A DNA stretch of 64,000 bases from Selaginella moellendorffii (Eukaryota > Plantae > Lycopodiophyta): positions 814,667-878,666 of the forward strand of contig NW_003314304.1 in NCBI RefSeq assembly GCF_000143415.4, given 5' to 3'. This document shows, one piece after another, positions 48,497 to 62,241 of this stretch. The notes under the pieces are model-generated. The model ran no database searches and had not been told where the DNA came from. It worked only from the letters and a program-made list of their open reading frames with translations. How positions within the stretch are numbered: position 1 is the first letter of the stretch; every line of letters begins with the position of its first letter. Made by a program: the position numbers and the translations under genes.

Positions 48497-49508
48497 ATCA
48501 TGCAGCCAGGACAGGGAACCAAGATCTTCCACACCAATCAAGATCGAAGTTGCTGGAAGCTTATGATCAAGCATAAGATGAATTGTGTCAACCAGACAAG
48601 GCTTAGAGGAGTGCAGCAATGCTACATGAGGATTGTTCATCTCCTCAAGTTTGCTGCCAGTGGGTGAGCTGTAGAGATTGATGTGAATGCATGGCTTTTC
48701 ACTGGAAGAAGAACAAGGATCATCAAGCTTGGGTACTCAGGAATCCTAAGCTTTTTGTTATTTCTGTTGCTTGTCCTCACCATCTTCTTGGTTTCCTTGA
48801 AAACAAGTACGAGCTATGTCTTGTGTTCCTTATGTTCTTGGTTTGGTTTTGTGCTTGTGGATGCTATGGAAATAAAAAGAATGAAAAACAGCAGGAACTC
48901 TGCAGATATGGTGGTTTCAACGTCCCGGTGGGTACCCGAGAGAGCATTGTTTTAAGAGAATTCGGCAAAATGTCTCTCGCCATCACTGCCTTCGGATTTT
49001 TTCTCATGTCGTTTTGCTCTCGGCGTGAATGGACCTGCCTTGCCTCGTTTCTGAATGAAATGACAACACCAACACACACATAATTCGTGGAGCACACAAG
49101 ATAATACTATACCACCCACAAAAACAGGCTCTCTTTTGTTTGTTTTCGTCCTGCTTTGGGGTCGATAACAATGAAAAGAGGATCAAATTGATAGGCCCAT
49201 GTTTTCACAGTTTGTATCGGTTTCCAAGGGATCAAAATTTCTGCCACCGCTAAAACTGCCACTCGGTTTCTTGTGGTCTCGCTCCCCCACTTTGTGTCTT
49301 CCTTGAATGCAAGCTCATATAGCAACACAATTTCCAGGGGGGGAAAGAAGAAAAAAACACCAAGTGGAAGAAGAATGAAGGAATCTACTTTTTATATAGA
49401 ATAGTATAATACTACAATAATTAGATTATATTTTGTTTTTTAATCTTTTTCTCGCGTGTGTGTGTGGACAGAGCGTGCTTGCTTGCCTCATTGATGGGGT
49501 CACCCCAC

Positions 49509-49553
<45 letters not shown>

Positions 49554-50333
49554 CCAACAAAACCGGTCACCTCAAAACTTCTGACTCCACCTTTTAAATG
49601 TTCCAACTGGGACAGAAAGCTAACCTCCTCCTCCATCCTCTCTCTCTCGTTTGTTTTGGGAGTTTCAATTGAAATCAGTTGCGTTGTGCTTGCTACTGAT
49701 GCTGATGTTGATGTCCCCCTGTTTCCTGTTCCTTCTCCTCCTCGGCCCAAAATGCCCAGTCGCGGCATTTGCATTTGCTTCCTCTCCCACAACTTTTCCC
49801 CTCTGGGACTCCGTGTCGGGTAATGTCATTCCTTTCCTGACCCACCAACGGCATTTTGCTCGTACGCAGGAGTCCAACGGGCATCTGTCCGATTTATCCA
49901 AGTTACTGAAACGTACGCTCCAAGGGAGAATCGCCATGTCGGTGTCCCCTAAACAACAATGACAGTCACTGTTTCTCAGAAAACCAGCTTTGTTCCATAC
50001 CTCAACTCCTTTCTCCTTCGTCTTAAAAGAACTGGGAGGGGATCCTGCTCACTGCTAGCTGCGTGGAGCAATGGATCTTGAGCTTTGCAGGAGAAACAAA
50101 AATAACTCTCTGTACCTACACGACAGTCAAAACACAAATCCAGATTAGTACGCGTAGGTAATTGCACCACACAACAACAGCTGTGCCTGCTGTTGCACGT
50201 CCTAACAAGGAAAGTAAAAATAAAAAAAGTCGCTGAGTAAGTACCTGGAGGAGATCACTGTCGAAGTTAAGTTCCCTCTCCCCTTGACAAGTTTTGCATC
50301 CTCCCTCGCCGAAGACAAGGCCAGGACCAGTGC

Positions 50334-52549
50334 CTAGAGATTTATGGCCAAATCCATCACCACTGCTCGCAGAGTCTCCAGAGGCAGAGGTCCCAGGAAC
50401 CTCTCACTAGCTGGAGCACTGGCCCCGGAAGCAGCAGCCGTGTCGTCTGACCCGAAAGAGTAGAATCTCAACCACCAGTTGATGCAGTAACCAGATGGAG
50501 CGGCCACAAGCGATACCAGCCCGTTGTTTTGTATGTTGAAGACGATGCTCAGGAAATCTCTTTTCACTCTCGGCCCCAGCAGCACGGCCTCCTCTTCAAG
50601 CCACCCGATGACTTTCCCCGCGATCTGATAGTAACAAAGTCAGAGACGATGACGCTGGGAAGGAGTGAAAGATGAAGGAAGCTGTTTCCTTTACCTGTGT
50701 GAGCAGGAAAAATGGAAGCTCTGAGACGCTGCACACGCAGCTTTTCATCCCAGTTGACTCTTGTCCGGACGCGCCCAACGGCATGCAGCCATCAAGCCCC
50801 TCTATCGAAAGAATCTCCTGGCGAAGAACTAGCGTGCACTGGAATGTAGCGCTGGTTTCACGAACCAACGCGTTCCATTCCAGATGTTTCATCTGACCTC
50901 CATTCATGATGGCTTCCGGGATGTCGAAGTAAACATCCCAGGCCGAGACGAAAGGCCGCCATGTTGGATGAGATCGAAACCACAGCTGTGGAACTTGCAG
51001 AACCTGAAACACCAAACTTTAGCATCCATCTTCAAACAGATGTCGGTACTAGGACTTACCAGCGTGTCCAGAAGCGAAACAATCTTGTCGCCGGCGCTTC
51101 TGTGACGAGCAAGGACGGAAAAGTTCTTCAGCAGGTTCGCTGGCTCCTCCTTTCCAGTCCCAGCTCTAGGCCCAGGTGCGCTTCTTTGTACGATGCTTGC
51201 TAGCAACATTGAGTAGAATCCCTGCTGCAAATAAATTCTGAGGCTGCCTGCCAAAGGCAGCCTCTTGACGTCGACTTCTTTCAAGGCGGCATCGTTTGCA
51301 GCGTCGTCCTCTACAAGCCTGAAGAATGACGCTATCGAAGGACCCGCGCCAATATCTAGAGACGATTCGCCAATCTCATGCAGGCTCGTGGCCGACGAAG
51401 GTTGGAGAACATCCCGACACAGGCATTCAAATATCTGCAAGCGAAGATCGCTGGTGAGTTTAAAAGAAAGTTACAAGAACTTGAGGCATACCAGCTCGTC
51501 AAATATTGATAGCTGGATATTTCGGAGTCGATGGTTTGCTGAGCTTGTTCCCTCGTCAGGGTCTCGATTGTCTCGTCTCCGAGGTGGTTGCTCTAACTGC
51601 TGTTTGCTCGTGTATTCTTCTAACTCGCGACTGAGATAAACCTGTAAGGTTGTGATAGTTTTTCCAGCGGGGATTTGCACGGAGAGCAGCCCATTTGCAT
51701 CCTGGTTCACTTTGATCAATGTCCACGCAGCAGTACGCGAAGAAGATATCAAGCTCGGGTCCACAGATAGAGGAAACGACAAGTCCATGAGAAAACCAGC
51801 TTTTCCTCCAGGACCCGCAGAGACACCACGCTGGCGTTTTATCTTCCAGTTTCTTTGCAAACTGAGAAAGAAAAAAGCATGTTAAAAGAACAAAACCGCA
51901 GAGAGAATGATCTTCAAGTCACAGCGTACCGCATAAGAGCTCCATAAAAGACCGATTCTCTTTCGACTTGGCGCTCCAGAGACTTGGCATTGCGCTTGAG
52001 ATAACTCGCAATTTCCTGGAACAAACTATCATAAGATCTAGAACGAAAGAAACTCACAAAGCTCACCTTGTAACTCCGAGACTTTGAAGCCGTTCGCAAC
52101 GCTAAATCAGCACCAGCTTCGTTTGGGAGTGGCTTGGGTTTCATCATATGGGTCACTGTGAGCGCCTCATTGCTCTCCACCTAGAGGATCGAAGAAGAGA
52201 TTAGAAAGAAAAAATTCCATGGGAGCGAACTTACATGAGCTATGAAATCCAGTAGCGTCATAAGCTCTTCCCTTGCTTGATGGAAATGCTCGATGAGACC
52301 CTGCCACGGCCACTGCGACGCTCCATCCTTGCCGCTCTTGCTCTTCTTCGCTTCCTTCTCGTCGGGCCGCTCGAAATCCAAGCTCTGGAGAAGCGACAAC
52401 GGCTTCTCGTCTTGCGAAGATTCACTACAATCAAACGATCAAGCAAAGCTCTTCCAACAGCGGACTTACGGCGGATAGAGCTCGATTCCCGACTCCTCGA
52501 GCGCGAGCACTCGCTTCAGCGGCAGCGAATCTAGCGTCACTTTCGCCAT
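50334..52549 (-). CDS. MED17: Mediator subunit 17
   Basis: VTLDSLPLKRV..E.GIELYP, WPWQGLIE..AREEL, KPKPLPNE..DLA, AKSLERQVERESVFYGALMR|LQRNWKIKRQR; ends LGPLPLETLRAVVMDL. Confidence 0.9.
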
Positions 52550-52625
52550 TCTTGGTTAAACCCTAGCTCTCACATTTGCGAAGAACCCTAAAATTTCGAG
52601 CTCCTATATACATTTCCCTTTAGAG

Positions 52626-53207
52626 CTAGTCGTCGTCCTCGTCGCGCTTCTGCCACACGAGATTCCAATTCACGCGCGCTTCGTCCCACCCCAGTACCGA
52701 TCCCTCGCGCAGCGGATCCCAGCTCGTCGACACCACCGCGTACAAGATCCCAAATCCGGAGAGCCCGAACAAGAGGAAGGAAGTGATCATCGGCAAGACT
52801 TGGGGGAATTCCATCCTGAGCGCCGATTTCGCGAAGTAGTAGGCCGGGAATGCGAGGAATCCGGTCCCCAGCGGCGCTCCCACCGTCACGATCATGCGCT
52901 TGAGCATCCGATTCGTCACAACCTCTGGCACGGTATCGTCGTCCTCCTCTCCCTTGGCGGACGATTCTTGCCCCAAATTCGAGGTCGTGGCGATGGAGGA
53001 AGAAGGAGAAGAGGATGATTCGTCCCTCTTCTTGCTGGAGCTGGGGAGCTCTCCAAAACCCTTGGGCGCGGATTTGAGGGCGCCACAGCGAATCGACGAG
53101 CTATAGCTCCTCCTACCTCGAGATTTCGGCCGATCGATGCTCGCAGCAGTGGCGCCAGTGTAAGAACAGGACGGAATCGAGAGGAGGAGGCACGATGACG
53201 ACGCCAT
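52626..53207 (-). CDS. PAM68: PAM68 thylakoid membrane protein
   Basis: Transit peptide, PKGFG, VPEVVTNRMLKRM..VGAP, two TM segments, STSWDPLREGSVLGWDEARVNW. Confidence 0.92.
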   Translation of the reverse strand: MASSSCLLLSIPSCSYTGATAASIDRPKSRGRRSYSSSIRCGALKSAPKGFGELPSSSKKRDESSSSPSSSIATTSNLGQESSAKGEEDDDTVPEVVTNRMLKRMIVTVGAPLGTGFLAFPAYYFAKSALRMEFPQVLPMITSFLLFGLSGFGILYAVVSTSWDPLREGSVLGWDEARVNWNLVWQKRDEDDD

Positions 53208-53294
53208 GGCCGGCGTCTCTCCGCGTTCTTCCTCCTATCTATATAAGCGACAAAGCGATGAGAGAGACGAGGTTGACTAGGGCGCTTTGTTTCG

Positions 53295-54855
53295 ATGGAT
53301 CTCCTGGAAATCCCCTCCATCGCTCGCATTGGATCTGGAGGCGAGGCTGCCAGTCCATTCTTCTCGATCGATCGCAAATGCGATGGAGGAGAAAGGATCC
53401 TTGGAAGCGCCGCGGAGGTGAGAAAATGATCTTATCCTTCGTTTCAAGGGAGTTTACTTGGAATGGCTTAGCTTATCGGATGGACGCCCCTGGTGGAAAC
53501 CAAGAGAATCTCTGCCAAGGAAGGAGCTCTCGCGAGGATCGTCGTCAAGTTGGAAGGATATCAGCCTGGATGCTCCGTCAAGGATCGCATGGCTCTGTCG
53601 TAAGTGATTCCATCTTTCATCAGAGTTCTTTAATCAAGGATCGCATTGCTCTCACTTTAGATCCACCAAAGTTCTTTAGTCAAGGGTCGCGTTCGTAAGA
53701 AACTTTAGATCCATCAAAGTTCTTTAGTTCTTTCATCAAAGTTCTTCAGTCAAGGATCGCATTGCTCTCTCCCAAGTAACTTTAGATCCATAAAAGTTCT
53801 TTATTTCTTTCATCAAAGTTAGCTCTTTCACCCAAGTTCTATCGGTTGTTTTTTCCAGGATGATCATTGATGCCGAGAACAAGGGACTCCTTATTCCTGG
53901 AGTGTCAACCATTGTGGAGCCAACGAGCGGGAACACTGGAATCGCTCTAGCTCTTGTAGCTGCAGTTCGAGGATATAAAGTCGTGGCCGTCATGCCTTCC
54001 AGCTACTCGATCGAGCGCCGGATGATTCTCAAAGCCTTTGGGGCTCAAGTCATCCTCACAGGTTCTTTCCACACATTGTTTTCTTAGTCTGAGGTTAACT
54101 TGTTTTGTGATGCCAGATCCTGCTCTAGGATTTGCCTTCTTGTTTGACAAAGCTCGAGAGCTAGCAAAAACACTTCCAAACGCGTGCATGCTGGATCAAG
54201 CCCAGAACCCATGCAACCCTCAAGCTCACTTCGATAGCACGGGTAAGATTTCAAAGAGTTCTTCGTTGCCTGGCTTCATCAAAGTGTGTCTTTTATGAAC
54301 TTCCAAGGTCCTGAGATCTGGGAAGACACGGCAGGCAAGGTGGACATCTTCATGTCGGGCTGTGGGACAGGAGGAACACTGAGTGGAGCTGGGAAGTATC
54401 TCAAGTCTCGAAACCCGGAAATCCAAGTCATGGCAGTGGAGCCGGCTGAGAGTCCAGTTCTGTCGGGTGGTGTCAAGGGGCCGCACGGGATCCAAGGAAT
54501 AGGACCAGGATTTATTCCAGACGTCACAGACACGAGCATCATCGATAGAGTGGTGACCGTCACTACGGAGGAAGCTCTTGATTGGACGAGAAGATTGGCG
54601 AGCGAGGAGGGCCTTTTGGTTGGAATCTCGTCCGGAGCTGCGTTTGCTGGAGCTATCAAGGTAAGCAATGCTTTGATGCGGCATGTTTTCAATCCTGGTT
54701 GATTGATTCTTGTTGTTTAGATCGCGAAAAGTCCTGAGAACGCTGGAAAGATGATCGTTGTGATACTTCCCAGTGCCGGTGAGCGCTATCTTTCCACACC
54801 TTTGTTTGCAGAGATTAGAGACGAGTGTGAGAAAATGGAAGTGATCTCAGCTTGA
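53295..54855 (+). CDS. Cysteine synthase / O-acetylserine(thiol)lyase family
   Basis: [84 protein letters not shown]. Confidence 0.93.
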
Positions 54856-55787
54856 TCTTGAGCCGCCGCTAAGATGGTGTTAAGATGGTGCGATCCTTGT
54901 GCTACAACAAACTTTAAGATTGGAAAGCAAACTTGGAGCAAACGAAAGAACTTTGGTTTCGTTAGATCGTGTCCTTCCTTCACCAGAGAAAAGAAGAAAA
55001 GAGAGAGAGCTTTGGGAAAACTTTCTGGCTATGGTGGCAGCATATTCCCTATATTCATGCCAGCCAGCAATGAAGAACATGGTCGCTATAGAAAAACAGC
55101 AGCTTTCCACCTGCGCAGACAAAAGAAGACTAGAAAAGAAAAGATCGAAGAAAAGAGAGTAAAGTTCACACAAACTGGCAGTAATCTGGCGACGATCAGC
55201 CTGAATTTGCGACTCCGTGTTAAAATCGTCACAGTCACGAGATTAAATTCGTGTCCACTGCCCAGGATTTTGTGCTCTTGATCCTTTGTTTTTGTCTGCT
55301 TGATTTGTTTTCTTGTGGAAAGAAAGAGAGAGTGAGAGAGAGAAAGAGAGAGAGAGAGAGGGTCTGAGCGAGCGAGCGAGGAAGAAGCAGCCATAGCCAA
55401 GTCCTTGCTTTGTTTTAGCTCGCCCTTTTCATCATTTCGTGGCATTGTTTGTTTGTTTGTTTGTTCTTATGTTGTCTCGAGGGAGAAAAGAGAAAAATGT
55501 GAGACGAGGGCGATGATGGGTTGTGGATCTGCGTCATGAATTCGTGTTTTTGCGCTAGTGGGTCGCTGCTCCTGCCAAAAAATCCCCGCGGCCTTTGGTA
55601 GTTGGAGCGTTGTTGTGTTCTTGTTCCTCGCAGCTTTTACCTCGCTCGCTTCCAGCGTTCATTCATTGAGCAAAAGCTTTCCTCTCTTCTTTTTCCTGGT
55701 GCGAAGAAAGAGTAGAGTATCTTTGGACAGTCGCTTGGTTCTTTAGGAAAAGAATGCGAGTCTAATCTAAAGAGTGATCCATTCGTC

Positions 55788-58700
55788 ATGGAAGTTTCTC
55801 CAGCGAGAAGAGCGACGAGGTGGAATTGGAGGATGGTGGCTGTGGTTTTCATTCTCGCGGGGCTCTTCTTGCAAGCTCAAAGCTGGACAGATCCCCAAGA
55901 TGGTATGATCTTCCACTCTTTGTTTCAAGCATTTTGACAAGGTTGATGATCGTTGTTGCTTTCTCTTCCAGTATTTGCTCTCTCGGTTCTCTACGCTAGC
56001 CTGAATTCGCCACCACTGACTGGGTGGAGCATGAATCCCGTAGACCCGTGTGGAGAATTGTGGCAAGGAATTCAGTGTGCTGGCCCGAACATAACTGGAA
56101 TGTAAGTCGCTTTTCTCTTTGAAAGTTCTTCCACTCAAGCTTTTGCTTTTGGAACTTTCTTTTCTCTTCGAAACAATCATTCATTGAATCGTTTCCATCC
56201 AAAAGTCGTCTCTCTGGACTGGGAATAACAGGATGGCTCGGCTACGCGCTCTATAACTTCACTGGTCTCCTCACACTGTAAGGCTCCAATCGAGAATCTT
56301 GCTCTTTCTTGTAAGATGACTGCTCGTTTTCTCGATCCATGCTAAACTCTCCTATCTCTTTTTCTCGTTCTTCTCCAGGGATCTCAACAATAACAGCATC
56401 GGACAGATGGTTCCATATCAACTTCCACCTCGCATTCAAGAAATGTACGTAGTTTTCATTCATTCTTCCGTGTTGCTCTTGATATCTCTTTCGTATCTAG
56501 AAACTTTGCGAACAACGAGTTCACCGAGACACTTCCCTACTCAATGAAGGATCTTATCTCGCTGATAAGCTTGTAAGTTTTCAGGAGTTTTGATCCATCG
56601 AGAGCTTAAGTTTCGGTTTTTTTTTTTTTTTTTTGTTGTAGCAACATGAGCAACAATCAGATTGTCGGTCCCGTTCCAGACATGTTCCAATCCCTGACGA
56701 GTCTTACGAGCCTGTAAGTACTAAGTAGTTCTTGGTTCTATTCTCCAGGTTTTCTATTGATTTCTTTGATCCAGGGATCTGTCTGGCAACCAGTTTAGTG
56801 GTCCCCTTCCACCCTCCATGGGAGCTTTGACGAGCTTGATAACTTTGTAAGTCCAATCATGATCGCTTGGATCTTGGATCACAGTTTCTTACACTGTTTG
56901 ATCGTGTCAGGCATATGGAGAACAACTCGCTCAGTGGAGATATCGGCGTTCTAGGCCAACTCCAGCAGCTCCAAGACCTGTAAGTTACGTTCTTGCTCTC
57001 GAAAATCTCAAACACGAAATGTTGCTCCTTGTTGCAGCGATATCACAAACAATGGTTTCTCGGGACAAATTCCACCATCACTTCTCACGATTCCATCTCT
57101 CAAGTAAGCCATAGCTTTTCTTGTTCTGTTTCGAAAAAAATCATGTTTTACTTTCCGTCAGGATAACTGGCAATCAGTTTGGATCAGCGATTGTCATGGC
57201 TCCTGCGCCAGCTCCATTCCTTTTCGCTCCAGCCTCCGCTCCATCAATGCAAGTCTTGCAGCAGCCAAGCACGGTGAAACAGAATCCCGACCAGAAGTCT
57301 CCGCTCAAAGGCCCGGTTATATCAGGTGTGATGAGCAGAGGGAGTCGCCGGTACTGGAGCGCTGGAAAGATAGCAGGCGTGGTGGTGGCCTCGGCACTGG
57401 CTTTACTCGCAGGCTTGCTGGTAATTCTCTTCTTTTGCGGAAGAACAAACAAGGACGAAGAAGGAACCAACTCGACCAAAGACGAAGAGAAGCGAAGCTC
57501 CAAGAGTCATCCTCTCGTTGCCCTGGACAGAGGTAAGAATGTTTTGAGTATGAAACTTCTCATCGATTCTTTCTTTGTTCGGTGGATCAGTGTCTCGAGA
57601 GATGTTTGCGCAGCCAAAAGCTGACAGGCCTTTGACTCCACCACCCGCAGAAAAGAGCAAGCTTTCGATCGAAAAGAGCCCAGCCATGAAAAGTATTACA
57701 CCCACGCCAGGCAAAGCTTCCAAGCTCCAGATTGCCGTCCCTGCCATCTCCATCGCCGAGCTCCAAGCTGCGACGAACAGCTTTTCTCAGGAAAATCTGG
57801 TCGGAGAGGGAGCTCTCGGGAGAGTCTATAGAGCCGAGATAGATGACAAGGTAAAAGTTCTTGGCATTTTTTATTCCTCGTTCGTTATAAGCATCGGTTG
57901 TGTTCTTCCAGATTGTAGCTGTGAAGAAGCTCGACACTTCAGCACCTATGGTACAAAACGAGGACGAGTTCATCAAAGTGGTCTCGAATCTAGCGCGCTT
58001 GCGGCACAGTAACATCACCGAGCTGGTTGGATATTGCACAGAGCACTCGCAAAGGCTGCTAGTTTACGACTTTGTCGAGTATGGGACGCTGTTTGAAGTC
58101 CTCCATTGCTCGGATGAGTCGAGCAGGAGGCTTTCATGGAACCAAAGAGTGAAGATCGCCCTGGGAGCTGCTCGAGCACTCGAGTAAGAACTATTTCGTC
58201 AGCATCCTTCTTTTGATCATTAAATGCTTTTCACAGGTATTTGCACGAAGTTTATCACCCAGCTATAGTTCACAGGAACTTCAAGTCGGTCAACATTCTT
58301 TTGGACGAGGAACTTAATCCTCGAGTCTCGGACTGTGGACTAGCAGCACTCGCTCCTTACGGTGCCGAGCGTCAGGTATCCATCTCACTTTTCTTTTCAG
58401 TCTCGTCTTTAATCTCTTTTCTTCTTTCTCGATCGTCCTTATTGCAGGTTTCTTCGCAAATGCTGGTCTCTTTTGGCTACAGCGCGCCGGAGTTTGCCAT
58501 GTCTGGCGTGTACACTGTCAAGAGCGATGTTTACAGCTTTGGAGTGGTGATGCTGGAGCTTCTAACCGGAAGAAAATCGCTAGACAGGTAAAAGCTTGAA
58601 GAAGTTCTTCCATCCAAGAGTTTTATGTAAGTAAGCTCCAAACTTGAAACTTCCAGCTCGAGGAGCCGAGCCGAACAATCGCTGGTGCGATGGGCAGTGC

Positions 58701-59032
58701 CGCAGCTCCACGACATCGATGCCTTGTCGAGGATGGTTGATCCAGCACTCAAAGGAATCTATCCGGCCAAGTCTCTCTCCCGCTTTGCCGATATCATCTC
58801 ATCGTGTGTCCAGGTAAAAGTTTGCGTTTTGTACCAATGATCCAAGCTCGTTGGGTTTGATTCTCTCGCGCAGCCCGAGCCGGAGTTCCGGCCTCCAATG
58901 TCGGAAGTTGTCCAAGCTTTGGTGCGTTTGATGCAACGAGCGAGCTTGAGCAAGCGAAGGCTAACAGCAGACGATTTGGGATCCTCACAAAGGAGTCTAG
59001 ATCGTTACGAACCTTCAGATTCATCGGCTTAG
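55788..59032 (+). CDS. STRUBBELIG-receptor family (LRR-V) receptor-like kinase
   Basis: Signal peptide, [12 protein letters not shown], short LRR exons and a TM segment. Kinase region: [72 protein letters not shown]. Confidence 0.93.
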
Positions 59033-59761
59033 AGAAAAAAGAAATACTTAGATTTTGACAACATTGTATATTGAATATGGAAAATAACTTGATAGAGAAA
59101 GTTAGCTGACCTGGCCCAGAAGGATTATCATCAACATTAAATGCCTTGCAGTAATTTACAAATATTTTTCAAATGGTCCTTATTAACACACCTAGTAGAT
59201 AATGAAATTGTAAATCAGCTCAGGCAATTAAAAAATATTAATATCTCATGACACACTTTTTAAAGAATCCTTTAGTTAAAGTCAAAATTATAATTTAAAA
59301 GTAAAAAAAACTTGTTTGCGAAAATATTATAATTATATATATATATTATATTTTATATATATATACACATCCAACAAAATGTTTTGCATAGTTTTTGATA
59401 TATAGTAGTGGATATACCTAGGATGTTCTAATATCCTAGCCTTATTCCATCATCTAATATACATTTAAATAACAATATAAACCCTACTTAACCTGAAAAG
59501 ATTAATTATAGTAAGTATTTGAACCATGTTTAGCATAAATGCCTATGTGTTAGAATGGACTACCATGCGAGATGGTAGTACTAGAAAGTTTTACTACCTT
59601 CGATCACTGGGTTTTGAATCTAGAGTTAGGAGAACCACATCCTAAGGACATGATTGATTACTCACATGAGAAAAAGGATTAAGTTTATGTCGGTAGAGGG
59701 AGGGTATTTCTTTTCATGCTTGATCATCCACGACAAAGGAGAAAGAGAGTTTTGGAAGAGA

Positions 59762-60455
59762 ATGGCGCAAGTGATGGTGATGGCAACAGCTTCCGGGAAG
59801 AGTTTGCTCGCTCATGGGCTTCATTCTGAGCAGCGCCTTCGGATTCGATGCTCCAGCTCGAGCAGTGACGAAGAATCGTCGTCGCCCAGCACAAGGTATC
59901 GATTTCATTGTCTGTGTGATCTGTTTGTGATCGATCAGTTTACCAGTGGGAGGAGCAAATTGGGGAGAGTGATCTTCTCAGCAATCGCAGCTGGAATTCT
60001 TCTCGCAGCTCCATCTTCATCTGATCCTGCCGACACCGTCGCCATCGCAGCTCCCTCTGGCGGTAGAATTGGAGGTCAGTCCTTCCGTTCCGCTCCAAGA
60101 ATGGCGCCAAGAGTGGCTCCACCGCCAAGATCAGCTCCTCCTCCTCGATCCGGCCCCAGAATCAACAATTCCAGGTAGACCCACTTTCGATCTTGACTTT
60201 CAAAAGCCAGTGATGGTGCGCAGGACAAACATCTACGTGAATCCTGGCTATGGCTATGGCGGCTATGGGAATCCATTCTTCGGTGGCGGATGGGGATTGT
60301 CCCCATTCTCGTTCTTCGCTCCGCCCGCTCCGGCAGTGGCTGTAGGCGTCGGTGGATTCGATTTCGTTCCATTGCTGCTGGGATTACTGGCCGTGGGATG
60401 GATCTCTAGGGTTCTTCGCAACAGGAGAGACGAGGACGAAGGAGATGATTACTAG
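59762..60455 (+). CDS. Plastid Gly/Pro-rich membrane protein (SGGRIGG type)
   Basis: Transit-like N-terminus, SGGRIGGQSF, PRINNSR|TNIYVNP, GWGLSPFSFF, a TM segment and an acidic tail; two short introns. Confidence 0.75.
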
Positions 60456-60788
60456 TAAACAGAAATTTTTGTATTATAATCGCGTAAATATCTGACGGTC
60501 AATATAAGCTCAAATGGAAGGCTGTCGTTAGCGCTACGTGGCGGCATCCGAATGGTGCTAGGCTTGGATCCATCGTGGCCGTTGCTACGCTCTATCCATT
60601 TGAGGGATTATTGTGGCGGGCGTGGAGGAGGAGAGGCGAGGCGCGCGATCTTCGACCAGCGCCCAGGTACATTCTAGCTCAGATTTCTCGCATTCTAGCG
60701 CCGGCATTGGATCGATGGATGTTTGATGCGAGGCTCTTTGCAGGCGCGGCAAGAGATCGAGAGCAGTGATTCCATCCCGCCAGGGTTT

Positions 60789-60796
60789 TAGGGTTT
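60789..60796 (-). promoter_or_regulatory. Telo-box upstream of EF-Tu
   Basis: TAGGGTTT (AAACCCTA on the minus strand) just before the ATG; common in promoters of translation-machinery genes. Confidence 0.5.
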
Positions 60797-60803
60797 ATCG
60801 GGC

Positions 60804-62241
60804 ATGGCGTGCTGCACGGCAGTCACGTCCTCGGCAGCGGCAGCGAGCGGCACCACTTTCCAGGCCGCCAAGCCTTCGATTACCCCCTCCCGGTCGCCAG
60901 TGGCTCTAGGATTCGGCTTCTCACACTCGCAACAGAGCTTCCACCAGGCATTGCAAGCCGAGATTTTCAGAGAGCGTGTCCCCGGGCGGAGGTCCTCTTC
61001 CTCGCTGGTGGTCCGCGCGGCAAAGGGGAAATTCGAGAGGAAGAAGCCGCACGTCAACATCGGCACAATCGGGCATGTGGATCACGGCAAGACCACCTTG
61101 ACAGCGGCGCTAACTTTCATTGGAATCGGTGGTGGAAAGCCCAAGAAGTATGACGAGATCGACGCTGCTCCGGAGGAGAAAGCTCGCGGGATCACCATCA
61201 ACACGGCGTGCGTGGAGTATGAGAGCGAGGAGCGGCACTACGCTCACGTCGATTGCCCCGGCCATGCCGACTACGTCAAGAACATGATCACTGGAGCAGC
61301 GCAGATGGACGGGGCCATCCTGGTCGTGTCTGGAGCCGATGGGCCGATGCCACAGACGAAAGAACACGTCCTCCTGGCCAAGCAAGTCGGGGTGCCGAGC
61401 ATGGTCGTGTTCCTCAACAAGCAGGACATGGTGGACGACGAGGAGCTCCTCCAGCTCGTGGAGCTCGAGGTCCGCGAGCTTCTCAACTCGTACGAGTTCC
61501 CGGGAGACGACGTCCCCGTGGTATCTGATCAGCTCTCACGCTCTCACGGCGCTGACGAGCAACAAGGAGATCAAGCGAGGGGACGATAAGTGGGTGGACA
61601 AGATCTACGAGCTCCGGGACGCGGTGGACAAGTACATCCCGATTCCTCCACGGCAGACCGACCTCCCGTTCCTCATGGCGATCGAGGACGTGTTTTCGAT
61701 CACCGGGCGTGGAACTGTGGCCACGGGACGGGTCGAGAGGGGCACCGTCAAGGTTGGCGAGGTGGTCGAGATCGTTGGCCTGGGCGATACGAGGAACACG
61801 ACGGTGACCGGGTGCGAGATGTTCAAGAAGGAGCTGGATGAGGCACTGGCTGGCGATAACTGTGGATTGCTCTTGAGAGGCATCCAAAAGGCGGACATCC
61901 AGAGGGGAATGGTGCTCGCCAAGCCCGGATCGATCCAGCCGTTTAGCAAGTTCGAGGCGCAAGTCTACGTGCTCAAGAAGGAAGAAGGTGGACGCCACTC
62001 GCCATTCTTCTGTGGCTACAGGCCCCAGTTCTACATGAGAACGACGGACGTGACGGGCAAGGTGATCGAGGTGACCGGTGAGAAAGGGGAGGAATCCAAG
62101 ATGGTGATGCCGGGTGATCGCGTCAACATGAAGGTGGATCTCATCACCCCGATCGCGTGCGAGAAGAAGATGAGATTTGCGATTCGCGAGGGTGGCAAGA
62201 CCGTCGGTGCTGGAGTGATCCTCAACGTTATGAAGGAGTGA
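60804..62241 (+). CDS. tufA: Nuclear-encoded plastid elongation factor Tu, frameshifted at ~61527-61540
   Basis: Transit peptide, [72 protein letters not shown]. The ORF is split across two frames. Confidence 0.93.

Noticed and set aside
48500-50300. MIRNA locus in the long intergenic region
   Set aside because: No conserved mature miRNA sequence or clear hairpin was recognised by eye.
59559-59584. Hairpin actaccat-gcgag-atggtagt followed by CTAG as a Helitron 3' end
   Set aside because: Spacing to CTAG is too short, the next base is A rather than T, no 5' TC end was found, and it lies outside the mosaic zone.
61520-61545. Programmed ribosomal frameshift in EF-Tu
   Set aside because: No slippery heptamer, and two separate single-base losses are needed to restore the conserved motif.
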